A DNA stretch of 59,034 bases from an uncultured Bacillaceae bacterium (GCA_937958375.1 CALGNY010000210.1:1-59034), one strand, 5' to 3'. Shown: positions 1-10,236, numbered from the stretch's first letter. Notes: generated by a model not told the origin, from the sequence alone. Made by a program: numbers and translations.

Positions 1-157
1 AAATTTCAAACTACAGTAACTTTAATGTGCCATTGTTCTGATATCTAGATTGTTTCGACCTAAACGAATTGATTAATTGTTCATCCGTAATCTAATTGGT
101 CGTAAACTCTTTAACAGTTGTGTTAAAATACGCATAGCTAGGAATGGTCGAGGATAG

Positions 158-919
158 GTGAAGATAATGACAGATCAAAAAGAACGTCTTCAAAAAGTGA
201 TAGCCCAAAGCGGTGTGACATCAAGACGTAAAGCAGAAGGATACATCACAGCAGGTCGTGTGAAAGTAAACGGCAAAATCATAACCGAATTAGGTACGAA
301 GGTATCACCTTCCGATCGTGTGGAGGTAGACGACATACCGTTGGAGAAAGAAGAGCCGGTTTATTACATGATCAATAAGCCACGAGGCATCATTTCAAGT
401 GTCAGCGACGATAAAGATCGAAAAGTTGTGACTGATTTGATGTCTGAAGAAATTGAAGAGCGGTTATTTCCGGTAGGAAGACTTGACTACGATACGTCTG
501 GGCTGCTTTTGCTGACGAATGATGGAGAGTTTACGCAACGACTGATCCATCCGAAGTTTCAAATGGATAAAGTCTATGTAGCAAAAGTCAATGGGTTGGT
601 GACGAAGGACGATTTGCTACAGCTCAAAAAAGGTGTCATCGACCAAGGCGAACGACTAAAATGTGTGAAAGCTAGAGTGTTGGAGACCGATCGCAAAAAA
701 GGTTCCTCTGGTAAGAGCATGGTTGAATTGACCTTGCACCAAGGGAAAAATCGACAAGTACGCAGAATGTTTGAAGCCATCGGGTATAAAGTGGAAAAAT
801 TGAAGCGAGAGCAATTTGGAAACCTCAGACTCGGAAATCTACAATCTGGAGAGTACCGAAAACTAACACCGCATGAAGTGAAACAACTGATTGCCTTATC
901 AAATAAAAATGTTAAATAA
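158..919 (+). CDS. rluB: 23S rRNA pseudouridine synthase RluB
   Basis: S4 domain (ERLQKVIA..SRRKAE), NKPRG and GRLDYDTSGLLLLTNDG motifs; lies upstream of resA. Start may be ATG 167. Confidence 0.93.
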   Translation: MKIMTDQKERLQKVIAQSGVTSRRKAEGYITAGRVKVNGKIITELGTKVSPSDRVEVDDIPLEKEEPVYYMINKPRGIISSVSDDKDRKVVTDLMSEEIEERLFPVGRLDYDTSGLLLLTNDGEFTQRLIHPKFQMDKVYVAKVNGLVTKDDLLQLKKGVIDQGERLKCVKARVLETDRKKGSSGKSMVELTLHQGKNRQVRRMFEAIGYKVEKLKREQFGNLRLGNLQSGEYRKLTPHEVKQLIALSNKNVK

Positions 920-954
920 TGTTCAAACCTCTTTTATTTCAAAATTTTAACCGG

Positions 955-963
955 TGATATAAT
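955..963 (+). promoter_or_regulatory. Putative SigA extended -10 for the resABCDE operon
   Basis: TGATATAAT (TGnTATAAT) about 25 bp before the resA start; AGGAG SD follows. Confidence 0.5.
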
Positions 964-987
964 GGGTAGAAGAGGAGTGGAGTAACG

Positions 988-1527
988 GTGCATAAGAAAA
1001 AGAAAAGACTCATTATCCGTACGATTATTTTATCTGTCATGATCGTTGCATTAATCGGTGTATTATACGTTAATTTCTCAAAAGAAAGACCGAATTTAGC
1101 AGCTGGCGATCAAGCACCCAATTTTAAATTGGAACGGTTAGATGCAGAAGGTGAAACACTTGAGCTAAATGAGCTACAAGGAAAAGGTGTCATGATAAAT
1201 TTTTGGGCCACCTATTGCGAACCTTGTAAAGAGGAAATGCCATTCATGGACCAATTGTATCAAGAATACAAGGATCAGGGGATTGAAATTGTGGCCGTCA
1301 GTGTCGATTCAAATGAATTTGTCATCAATAACTTTTATAATCGTTTGGGCCTAACTTTTCCAAGTGTCCATGATAAAAATTCAACTGTAATGGATGCGTA
1401 TCAAATTGTTCCGTTGCCGACATCTTACTTTTTGAACCCAGATGGGACAATTAATCGAGTCGTAAAAGGACCATTGACACTGGAACGTTTAGAAGGATAC
1501 TTACAAGAGATCATGCCAAATAGCTAA
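988..1527 (+). CDS. resA: Thiol-disulfide oxidoreductase ResA (cytochrome c maturation)
   Basis: N-terminal TM anchor, NFWATYCEPC CxxC motif, cis-Pro PLPTS; synteny. Confidence 0.93.
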   Translation: MHKKKKRLIIRTIILSVMIVALIGVLYVNFSKERPNLAAGDQAPNFKLERLDAEGETLELNELQGKGVMINFWATYCEPCKEEMPFMDQLYQEYKDQGIEIVAVSVDSNEFVINNFYNRLGLTFPSVHDKNSTVMDAYQIVPLPTSYFLNPDGTINRVVKGPLTLERLEGYLQEIMPNS

Positions 1528-1556
1528 AAATCGGAAAGACCAAAGAGGGATAGGGT

Positions 1557-3188
1557 ATGAGTGTGAATACAGTCAAATGTGAATGCGGGCATATCAACCA
1601 CGAAGGAACCGTACTTTGTGAAGCCTGCGGGAAACCAATCAAAGGAAACCAACATATCGATGGGAATGATGACAAAAGAGTTCTCGAGATGCGATATGAA
1701 GGAAGTGCCCGCCGCTCAAAAACATATAAGCGGACGATTGTCGACAAAATATGGGCATTTTTCTCATCTGTCAAAGTCGGTGTGTGGTTAATCATCATTA
1801 CACTGATTTTGTCAGCATTAGGAACGATTTACCCGCAAGAGCCCTTTAAAAACTCTCCATTACCAGCTTCTCAGTTTTATGAAGTGGAGTATGGCTTGAC
1901 CGGAAAAATATTTTATCAGCTAGGTTTTCATAATATGTACGACTCCTGGTGGTATATCACGTTAGTTGCGATGATCGGTATATCTTTGGTCATCTGTAGC
2001 TTGGACAGGTACATACCACTTCGAAGAGCGCTAAAAAACCAAAAAATCAAAAGACACCCGACATTCGTAAAAAGACAACGTGTGGTGAGTTCAGCTGATT
2101 CCATTTCGGATGAAAGTTTTCAAAAAATCAAATCTGAAATGAAGAAAAAACGGTACAAAATCAAAGAAGAAGATGGCCATATATTTGCCGAGAAGAACCG
2201 ATTTTCTCGTTGGGGTCCGTATGTAAACCATATTGGACTAATCATAATACTTGTCGCAGCCATTTTACGTATGTTTGATGTTATGCATGTCGATGATTAT
2301 GTTTGGGTCCGGGAAGGAGAAACTCGAGTCATCCCAGGAACGAATCAAGAATACTACGTAAAAAACGAAAATTTCAGCTATGATTTTTATGATGCCGAAG
2401 AAGATGAGCGTTTCCGGGAGGCCATTGAAAATACGAGCGAACCGATTCCCAAGGATTTTCAGACGGATGCTGTGATCTATAAAGTGAAAGGCGAAACGGT
2501 TATTGGTGAAGAACCAGAACTAGAAGAAATCAAACGTGGAGAAATCCGTGTGAATCACCCAATTCAATTTGATGGCTTCTCACTTTATCAAGCAGGTAAC
2601 CAAATGGAAAGTGAGTACGATTCCATTTCATTCTCAATCACCGGTGAAGATGGTGAACCGGTAGCGGATTTCACATTCGATACCGATGAAGCTCCATATC
2701 AAATCGAATTAGATAATGGGATGGTCGTACGAATTGATGACTATTATCCTCAGTTGGAATTTACGGATAAAGGGCCATCATCCTCTTCTAAATTCCCGCG
2801 AAATCCGGGCATCATTTTCTCTGTTCTTGAAAATGGACAAGAAGAAGGGGAGCGTTTCTTCTATTTACAAGAAGATGTCATCGGACTATCCGATGAAAAT
2901 ACGATGACCATGGCTGTTTCTGATATTGAGACACGCTCGGCGTCTGGATTGACTGTCAAAAAAGACTATACACTACCATTTTTCTTGATTGGCGCGATCA
3001 TTTTTATGATTGGTGTTTCACAAGGATTGTATTGGTATCATCGTCGCATATGGATTCACCCATCTGATGAAGGCTATTTGGTCGGTTCTCATACGAACAA
3101 GAACTGGTTCGGTATGAAAAAAGAACTGAGCGAAATCTTTGAAGGAACAGAAGTCAAGGAGTTTAAAGATCAAAACGAATTAAAGTAA
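1557..3188 (+). CDS. resB: Cytochrome c biogenesis protein ResB
   Basis: N-terminal CECGH..CEACG zinc ribbon, TM segments, SRWGPYVNHIG motif; synteny. Confidence 0.93.
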   Translation: MSVNTVKCECGHINHEGTVLCEACGKPIKGNQHIDGNDDKRVLEMRYEGSARRSKTYKRTIVDKIWAFFSSVKVGVWLIIITLILSALGTIYPQEPFKNSPLPASQFYEVEYGLTGKIFYQLGFHNMYDSWWYITLVAMIGISLVICSLDRYIPLRRALKNQKIKRHPTFVKRQRVVSSADSISDESFQKIKSEMKKKRYKIKEEDGHIFAEKNRFSRWGPYVNHIGLIIILVAAILRMFDVMHVDDYVWVREGETRVIPGTNQEYYVKNENFSYDFYDAEEDERFREAIENTSEPIPKDFQTDAVIYKVKGETVIGEEPELEEIKRGEIRVNHPIQFDGFSLYQAGNQMESEYDSISFSITGEDGEPVADFTFDTDEAPYQIELDNGMVVRIDDYYPQLEFTDKGPSSSSKFPRNPGIIFSVLENGQEEGERFFYLQEDVIGLSDENTMTMAVSDIETRSASGLTVKKDYTLPFFLIGAIIFMIGVSQGLYWYHRRIWIHPSDEGYLVGSHTNKNWFGMKKELSEIFEGTEVKEFKDQNELK

Positions 3189-3217
3189 GTTATTGAGCGA
3201 TCAGAGGAGGACCTCTC

Positions 3218-4405
3218 ATGGATTATTATGAAATAAGTAGTAACCTATTGAACATCTCATTTTTCCTCTACTTGATTTCGATTGTATTTTTCGGTGCAAT
3301 TCTAGGGAAAAATAGAGATGAGCGGCAAAAATCTAAAGTGACAAAAATTGCGATCACCTTGACGATATTAGGTTTCGTCAATCAGTTAGGATCCTTTATT
3401 TTCCGTTGGTTAGAAGCTGGCCATATTCCGGTCAGTAATATGTTTGAATACATTTATTTCTTTAGTATGTGTTTGATCTTCGCATTCTTGTTGATTCATT
3501 TCATATACAAGTATTCAATTTTAGGTTTGATTGCTGTTCCTATAGCGGTCGTACTGATTGGGTACGGAAGTGTGTTTCCGACCGAGGTTACACCGTTAGT
3601 CGATTCATTGCAGTCCAATTGGCTGTACATTCACGTGACGACGGTCGCTTTAGCCCAATCGATTCTGGCAATCAGCTTTGTCGCTGGTGTGTTATACCTG
3701 ATCGTCAAAGTTAATCAGGAAAAGAGTAATAAAGAAACTACTTTCTTAGATTTAATCTTATATTTTATTGTCTCCGTCGTAACATTCATTATCCTGACAT
3801 TCTCATTCGGAGCAGTAGATTATGAAGCGGTCTTTACACTACCTGAAGAGGAATCACTCTCAGAAGTCACGTATACGTTACCTGCACTGATTGGTCCAAC
3901 AGACGGAGAATTGGAGACCACTGACAGATTCTATACAGGAATCGAAGCTCCAGGATTCGTGAACGGACCAGATGCAGCCAGAAAACTGAACACACTTATT
4001 TGGTCACTTGCAACTGGTTTGGTGCTTTATGGAATCCTTCGCCTACTTGCCAGACGTAGACTTGGGGCATTCTTGCAGGATAAATTTGGTAGAGTCAACC
4101 CAGATGTCGTGGATGATATTATCTACCGCGCGGTTGCCATTGGTTTCCCATTGTTTACACTAGGTGGACTGATTTTCGCAGCGATTTGGGCACAGGAAGC
4201 TTGGGGACGCTTTTGGGGTTGGGACCCGAAAGAAGTCTGGGCATTGATTACCTGGTTATTCTATGCCGCATTCTTACACCTCAGATTGACACGAGGTTGG
4301 CATGGTAAAAAATCTGCCTGGCTTGCTGTCATCGGATTCGGAATCATTATGTTCAACTTGATCGTCATCAACTTAGTTATTTCTGGAATGCATTCTTACG
4401 CATAA
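3218..4405 (+). CDS. resC: Cytochrome c biogenesis protein ResC/CcsA
   Basis: WWD motif WAQEAWGRFWGWDPKE, C-terminal SGMHSYA. Confidence 0.95.
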   Translation: MDYYEISSNLLNISFFLYLISIVFFGAILGKNRDERQKSKVTKIAITLTILGFVNQLGSFIFRWLEAGHIPVSNMFEYIYFFSMCLIFAFLLIHFIYKYSILGLIAVPIAVVLIGYGSVFPTEVTPLVDSLQSNWLYIHVTTVALAQSILAISFVAGVLYLIVKVNQEKSNKETTFLDLILYFIVSVVTFIILTFSFGAVDYEAVFTLPEEESLSEVTYTLPALIGPTDGELETTDRFYTGIEAPGFVNGPDAARKLNTLIWSLATGLVLYGILRLLARRRLGAFLQDKFGRVNPDVVDDIIYRAVAIGFPLFTLGGLIFAAIWAQEAWGRFWGWDPKEVWALITWLFYAAFLHLRLTRGWHGKKSAWLAVIGFGIIMFNLIVINLVISGMHSYA

Positions 4406-4432
4406 TTTATTTATTTTGTGAAGGAGAAATGT

Positions 4433-5152
4433 ATGATGTCTGAAGAAGGTAATATTTTGATTGTTGATGATGAAGAACGTATTCGTCGTCTACTCCATCT
4501 TTATCTTGATCGGGAAGGATATACGTTGGATGAGGCAGAAGATGGGGAAGAAGCACTCCAAAAAGCACTCGATAACGACTATGATGTCATCTTGCTCGAT
4601 TTGATGCTTCCTTCTATGGATGGCGTGGAAGTGTGTACGAAACTCCGTGAGCGGAAAGCAACTCCGGTGATCATGCTGACGGCTAAAGGGGAAGAAGCAA
4701 ATCGTGTTCAAGGCTTCGAGGTCGGTGCAGATGATTACATCGTCAAACCATTTAGCCCACGCGAGGTCGTTTTGCGGGTCAAGGCATTACTCAGAAGATC
4801 TTCTGCGACGAAATATTTGGAAACCTCACCTGACACGAATGATGTCTTGGTGTTTCCACACTTGACGATCGATAAAGATGCACACCGAGTTGTTGCTGGA
4901 GATACAGAAGTCAACTTGACACCGAAAGAATATGAACTACTCTATTATCTGGCAAAATCGCCGGATAAAGTGTTTGATCGTGAAGAGTTGTTGAAAGAAG
5001 TTTGGGAATATGAGTTTTTCGGTGATTTGCGTACGGTCGATACCCACGTGAAACGCTTACGTGAAAAATTAAATCGTGTCTCAGAGGACGCAGCCAAAAT
5101 GATCGTAACCGTATGGGGTGTCGGATATAAATTCGAGGTTAAGGATTTATAA
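4433..5152 (+). CDS. resD: OmpR-family response regulator ResD
   Basis: Receiver domain (VDDE, LLDLMLP, KPF) plus winged HTH (RTVDTHVKRLREKL, TVWGVGY); start moved to ATG after AAGGAG. Confidence 0.93.
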   Translation: MMSEEGNILIVDDEERIRRLLHLYLDREGYTLDEAEDGEEALQKALDNDYDVILLDLMLPSMDGVEVCTKLRERKATPVIMLTAKGEEANRVQGFEVGADDYIVKPFSPREVVLRVKALLRRSSATKYLETSPDTNDVLVFPHLTIDKDAHRVVAGDTEVNLTPKEYELLYYLAKSPDKVFDREELLKEVWEYEFFGDLRTVDTHVKRLREKLNRVSEDAAKMIVTVWGVGYKFEVKDL

Positions 5153-6924
5153 TGTTTTGGCGAAGTGTTGTCTTCAAACTTTGGATCACCATTATTTTAA
5201 TGGTGGCCTTTGTTCTGTTAATATTGACTGTTCTCTTGCTTGAGTTCTTTGAAAACTACTATGTTGAAGAAGCAGAAATGAACTTGCTCAATCAAGCAGA
5301 GAACGTATCCACGATGATCGAAAACCATGGGGATGGCGACGTTCAAATCCAGACAATCAACCAAGTCACGGATCCTTCCACTCGTGTATTCGTCTTCTCA
5401 AGTGAACATGAGTATTGGTCCAATGAAGCATCAGAAACGAACCCGATTCCTGATGTCGATCCGAGTTGGTTACTGACGAACGAAGATCTTCACGTTACCA
5501 TGGCCGATCAGGAAGAAATCATGACGATCAAGACATTACCGGATTCAGAGACTCAAATTGTGATCGTTGGCGTACCGTTTGAGGTCGAGGAGCATACAGG
5601 TGCGATTTACGCATACCAATCGTTAGCCTTCATTGAAGAGACCACGACACAAACGACACGAATCATTTTGATTGCAGCATCCATATCAATCATTTTGACG
5701 ACCATTTTTGCGTTTTTCCTATCGACTCGAATCACAGCACCACTGATCAAAATGAGAAAAGCAGCCGGTGAATTATCACGCGGAGAATTTCACACGAAAG
5801 TACCTGTCGTAACACATGACGAAATTGGTGAGTTGGCCATGTCGTTTAATCGGATGCGCCGACAGCTGAATGAACATATTTCTGCATTGAATCAGCAAAA
5901 ATCTCATTTATCGAGCATCTTGAAATCGATGGCCGATGGAGTCATCACGGTCAATAAAAAACTGGAAATTATGGTGATGAACCCACCTGCTAAAACCGTA
6001 CTGGAACAGCTTGGCCATCAATTCAATAATCGGGTAAATAAACTTCCGGAAGAGTTTGTTGGCTATTTTCAAAGCGTGTTAGATGGAAATGAAGAGATCT
6101 TTACTGAAATTTCCGTGCAAGGAAGAACATACGTCTTATTACTTACGCCACTATATACAGACGAAGTCGTTCGGGGTGTCGTTGGGATTTTACGTGATAT
6201 GACAGAAGAACGACAAACCGACAAACTAAGAAAAGATTTTCTGGCTAACGTATCTCACGAATTACGGACACCGATTTCTTTGATGCAAGGTTATTCTGAG
6301 GCAATTGTGGATGATATTGCAGCAACCAATGAAGAAAAACGCGAGCTTGCCCAAATTATCTATGATGAGTCTCTCCGTATGAGCCGGCTTGTGAATGAAT
6401 TATTGGACCTTGCCCGAATGGAAGCAGGACATATCCAATTAAATATCCAAAAGACTGAAATGAGTCAATTTGTTGAACGGGTCTCCAAAAAGTTTAAGAA
6501 TATTACGGCTGAGAATGGTATCGACTTTCATGTACAGCTGAATAATGATACGAATTTGGTATTTTTGGATTCAGACCGAATCGAGCAGGTGTTGACCAAC
6601 CTCATTGATAACGCGTTGCGTCACACAAAGAGTGGCGACTCGATTCAAATCACATTAGATGAGTTAGACAAAGAGTTTGTCATCTATATCGAAGACAGTG
6701 GTTCAGGGATTCCAGAAGATGACCTGCCATTTATCTTCGAACGGTTTTATAAGAGTGACAAAGCCCGTACGAGAAAGAAACAAGTCAAAGGCACAGGGTT
6801 GGGGCTTTCCATCGCCAAACATATTGTCGAAGCCCATAAAGGGAGAATTTCAGTCAACAGTCAAGTGAATGAAGGAACGACGTTTATTATTACCTTGCCG
6901 AAAAATCCGAATAAAGAACGTTAA
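5152..6924 (+). CDS. resE: Sensor histidine kinase ResE
   Basis: Two TM segments, HAMP, PAS, H-box SHELRTP, N/G1/F/G2 boxes; overlaps the resD stop. Confidence 0.93.
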   Translation: MFWRSVVFKLWITIILMVAFVLLILTVLLLEFFENYYVEEAEMNLLNQAENVSTMIENHGDGDVQIQTINQVTDPSTRVFVFSSEHEYWSNEASETNPIPDVDPSWLLTNEDLHVTMADQEEIMTIKTLPDSETQIVIVGVPFEVEEHTGAIYAYQSLAFIEETTTQTTRIILIAASISIILTTIFAFFLSTRITAPLIKMRKAAGELSRGEFHTKVPVVTHDEIGELAMSFNRMRRQLNEHISALNQQKSHLSSILKSMADGVITVNKKLEIMVMNPPAKTVLEQLGHQFNNRVNKLPEEFVGYFQSVLDGNEEIFTEISVQGRTYVLLLTPLYTDEVVRGVVGILRDMTEERQTDKLRKDFLANVSHELRTPISLMQGYSEAIVDDIAATNEEKRELAQIIYDESLRMSRLVNELLDLARMEAGHIQLNIQKTEMSQFVERVSKKFKNITAENGIDFHVQLNNDTNLVFLDSDRIEQVLTNLIDNALRHTKSGDSIQITLDELDKEFVIYIEDSGSGIPEDDLPFIFERFYKSDKARTRKKQVKGTGLGLSIAKHIVEAHKGRISVNSQVNEGTTFIITLPKNPNKER

Positions 6925-6927
6925 CCA

Positions 6928-6968
6928 GAGGACCTGAAATCTAAGCGAATGATTTCAGGTTCTTTCTT
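6928..6968 (+). terminator. Intrinsic terminator after resE
   Basis: GAGGACCTGAAATC / GATTTCAGGTTCTT stem plus T-rich tail. Confidence 0.7.
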
Positions 6969-7060
6969 GATTAAGAGCTTGAAAACGTTATTAGACGAGT
7001 CGAATGATTTTTCAAGTACGAATCTACAGGCGAAAAAAGTTGTGGTAAGATGGAACATAG

Positions 7061-7086
7061 TGTAACTTTATTGAAATCAAACCGAC
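7061..7086 (+). promoter_or_regulatory. SigX-type autoregulatory ECF promoter
   Basis: TGTAAC-N16-CGAC matches the SigX consensus, directly upstream of sigX. Confidence 0.75.
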
Positions 7087-7111
7087 TATTAAGAGTGAAC
7101 GGAGGGCTAGG

Positions 7112-7645
7112 ATGAAAGCCATCTTTCAAGAGCTCTATGACCGTTATCATCGTGATTTATATCAGTTTATCTATTACATGGTAAAAAACCGGTCTACAGC
7201 TGAGGACCTTGTACAGGAAGTATATATTAAAGTGCTTAAATCATATGAGACATTCAAAGGTGAAAGTAGTCCAAAAACGTGGATGTTTTCGATTGCCAGG
7301 CATGTGACTATCGATTTTTTCCGAAAAGAAGAACGGCGGAAAAAGCGATCGGCGGATCAGTACGATATCCATGAACATCAAGAGGCCTTAAAAGATCATC
7401 AACCGTTACCGGATGAGATCGCCGAGCAAAACGAACGGATCCAGCTGCTTTATCGTTGTTTGGATGACTGTACGGAAGATCAGCGACTCGTCATCATTTT
7501 AAGGTACATACAAGAGCTATCGATTCAGGAAACAGCTGAAGCACTGGATTGGACGATCAGTAAAGTGAAAACCACACAGCACCGAGCCGTTAAATTTTTG
7601 ACGAAACGAATGAACGAACTGGAAGGGGGCATAGCTGATGAGTAA
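7112..7645 (+). CDS. sigX: ECF RNA polymerase sigma factor SigX
   Basis: Region 2 (AEDLVQEVYIK, KTWMFSIARH) and region 4 (SKVKTTQHRA); follows resE. Confidence 0.9.
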   Translation: MKAIFQELYDRYHRDLYQFIYYMVKNRSTAEDLVQEVYIKVLKSYETFKGESSPKTWMFSIARHVTIDFFRKEERRKKRSADQYDIHEHQEALKDHQPLPDEIAEQNERIQLLYRCLDDCTEDQRLVIILRYIQELSIQETAEALDWTISKVKTTQHRAVKFLTKRMNELEGGIADE

Positions 7646-8897
7646 ATTTGACGAACACGATATCGAAAAGCTTCTTAAGCAAATGCCCAAGATTGAAGAC
7701 CAACAATCGAGTGACATGTATTATCATCAAATCGAAGAGAAAATGAACTTGAGCAGAAAAAGTCGGCCAAGGAAAAAGAAATCTTATTTCTACCCGATTG
7801 TTGGTAGTGTTGCTGCCCTATTTTTAGGATTTTTGCTATTAATGCAACTGATTCCAGGTGGAGATCGCACATTTAATGAAAGTTCATCTAACCAATCGGT
7901 GAATGACACCGATGCGGAACTGCAACAAGAGGAAATGATTGAATCCTCGGATGGAGAAGAAGAGGGCGAAATTTTTGTGGAAGATGAGGATCAGGACACT
8001 GGGGAAGAATCGAGTGAAGAATTCGCAGTTGAGGAGGAGTCTGAATCAACCTCAGATGAATCGGTGGATACAAGCGGGTTCACTCGAGTGGTTCAGCAAA
8101 ATGAAGCTGACGAAAATAACTACGTAACGTACTTCTTTCCTGATCAACAGCTTCAGCTGCTCGTTCCGGTTACCTTTGTAGCGAAAACGGATGATTCTTA
8201 CGAAGCTTTTAATCAGATTGACGAGATGATTCCTGATGATTTTCCATTCCAAGGCGATTTGTATCAATTTCTTAGTTATGAACAGATTGATGAAGCAGGA
8301 GATCCGGTCATTCAAGTTGATGTGACTGGATTTGAAGAAGCCTATCCGGGAGGTTCGACCGTCGAAAGCTATCTCGTCCAAATCATTCAGGCATACTTTG
8401 GTGAACTTCAAGAAGAGACCGTCAAAATCGAAAATGAAAATGGGGGGCAAGTCTCTCTTAGTCATGTAGGAGCCATGGACCGCACTTTGGAAACCCACCA
8501 ACTTGAACAATGGCCATACAAGGTGTTGAAGATTGATGAAGAATCAGAACCATTCTACGTTCCGACGAATGATTATGAACATGAAAATTTATCGCTTGAA
8601 GAAGCCATTTTATCGATGCGTGAACCAGATGAGGTGACAGATGCGATCGAATCGTTACCGGAGGACTGGTCCATCGAGGTTCAACCCCACTCCGAATCAA
8701 TGGTTGAACTGACGATTGACCAAGCCGGGGAATTGGCTGAAGAAGAAATGATTATTGGGTTGGAGACACTATTGATGACGGCGAAAGGGTTTGGCTTCGA
8801 CCAAGTGACCTTTCAAATCGAAGGAATTCAACAAGTCGGCCCGTATCCAATCGGTGTACCAGTCGATGTTCCGGCTTTTGTGAACCCGATGGAATAG
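7638..8897 (+). CDS. rsiX: Anti-sigma-X factor RsiX-like protein
   Basis: Overlaps sigX; short cytoplasmic N-terminus, one TM, acidic linker, extracytoplasmic domain. Confidence 0.75.
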   Translation: MSKFDEHDIEKLLKQMPKIEDQQSSDMYYHQIEEKMNLSRKSRPRKKKSYFYPIVGSVAALFLGFLLLMQLIPGGDRTFNESSSNQSVNDTDAELQQEEMIESSDGEEEGEIFVEDEDQDTGEESSEEFAVEEESESTSDESVDTSGFTRVVQQNEADENNYVTYFFPDQQLQLLVPVTFVAKTDDSYEAFNQIDEMIPDDFPFQGDLYQFLSYEQIDEAGDPVIQVDVTGFEEAYPGGSTVESYLVQIIQAYFGELQEETVKIENENGGQVSLSHVGAMDRTLETHQLEQWPYKVLKIDEESEPFYVPTNDYEHENLSLEEAILSMREPDEVTDAIESLPEDWSIEVQPHSESMVELTIDQAGELAEEEMIIGLETLLMTAKGFGFDQVTFQIEGIQQVGPYPIGVPVDVPAFVNPME

Positions 8898-8945
8898 GCG
8901 TGGAGTCTGTCTATCCTACCGAGTGAGTTGTAAATTCACAAGAAA

Positions 8946-9177
8946 GTCTTCTAGTGGAGTTCTAGAGGACCGAATGAGAGCCATGTTTAGTTGAAATGTC
9001 CTTTAGAGTGGCTGTAGACACCTGAATAAGATTAATTTGCACGAAAATGTCCTCTCGAACGGCTTTAGAGGACAGAAAAGAACCGATTTCAGCTCGTAAT
9101 GTCCTCTAGAACAGTTCTATAGGACCGACTGGAACCAGATTAAGGCCGTATTGTCTTTTAGAGAAGTTCTAGACATC
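8946..9177. repeat. Tandem array of five degenerate 25-bp palindromes with a 51-52 bp period
   Basis: Copies start at 8946, 8998, 9049, 9101 and 9153; idealised palindromic consensus GTCCTCTAGAAC-A-GTTCTAGAGGAC; 26-27 bp intervening segments. Confidence 0.85.
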
Positions 9178-9205
9178 CGATTAGAAGGTAAATAGGTTAG
9201 GGAAA

Positions 9206-9222
9206 AGGCTGGAACAGAACTA
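9206..9222 (+). mobile_element. Solo degenerate IS1182-type terminal repeat (possible IS/MITE remnant)
   Basis: AGGCTGGAACAGAACTA is 15/17 identical to the IS end AGGCTGGGACATAACTA at 31848-31864. Confidence 0.45.
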
Positions 9223-9329
9223 AATTACTCTTCTTTAAAACCGAACCAGTCATAATATAGCGAAGTATATTTCCTTAGCGGTGATGATGCAATCCAGAAA
9301 AAACCGGAATCTACAAATCCTTTAGAATC

Positions 9330-9368
9330 AAAAAAGCAGCTCTCTCCACACGAGAAGCTGCTTTTCTT
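9330..9368. terminator. Bidirectional terminator downstream of ppa
   Basis: AAAAAAGCAGCT..CTC / GAG..AGCTGCTTTT stem with A and T runs on both sides. Confidence 0.75.
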
Positions 9369-9377
9369 AAATTCAAA

Positions 9378-9866
9378 TTATTTTTGATATCGATCCAAGC
9401 ACTCATCGATAAGCTTGTTAGCCGCTTCAGGACCTTCCCACGCACCAATTTCAGTCTTTTTGCCTTGCAAGTCTTTGTACGTTTGGAAGAAATGAGAGAT
9501 TTCATCCAATAGATGCTTTGGCACGTCTTCGAGTGTATGAACATCTTTAAAGCGCGGATCTTCTACAGGAACCGTCAATAATTTTTGATCTTTTTCACCG
9601 TCATCAATCATATTCAAAAAGCCGATGACACGTGCATCAATGACACATCCAGGGAATGTAGGGTTTGTCACCAACACTAATGCGTCTAGTGGGTCTCCGT
9701 CCAATGCGAGTGTTTCATCAATATATCCGTATTCGGCAGGATAAAATTGTGGTGAAAACAACACGCGATCTAACTTGAATACACCTTTTTCTTCGTCAAA
9801 TTCATACTTGTTCTGACTTCCTTTAGGAATTTCTACAAATACTTCTACTACCTTACCTTCAGCCAT
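9378..9866 (-). CDS. ppa: Family I soluble inorganic pyrophosphatase
   Basis: EIPKGSQNKYE, YG, DGDPLD signature, FFQTYKDLQGK; AAGGAGG SD. Confidence 0.95.
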   Translation of the reverse strand: MAEGKVVEVFVEIPKGSQNKYEFDEEKGVFKLDRVLFSPQFYPAEYGYIDETLALDGDPLDALVLVTNPTFPGCVIDARVIGFLNMIDDGEKDQKLLTVPVEDPRFKDVHTLEDVPKHLLDEISHFFQTYKDLQGKKTEIGAWEGPEAANKLIDECLDRYQK

Positions 9867-9942
9867 TTTTGTTCCTCCTTCAATGTCATAATCCTCATTA
9901 ATTATATCAATATTTCACTTGACAAGCTATGTAAAGCCGAGC

Positions 9943-10236
<294 letters not shown>

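Noticed and set aside
8946-9177. Calling the array a bona fide CRISPR
   Set aside because: Repeats differ from the consensus by 1-9 of 25 bases throughout, spacers resemble each other, and there is no cas gene or clear leader. Kept as a repeat.
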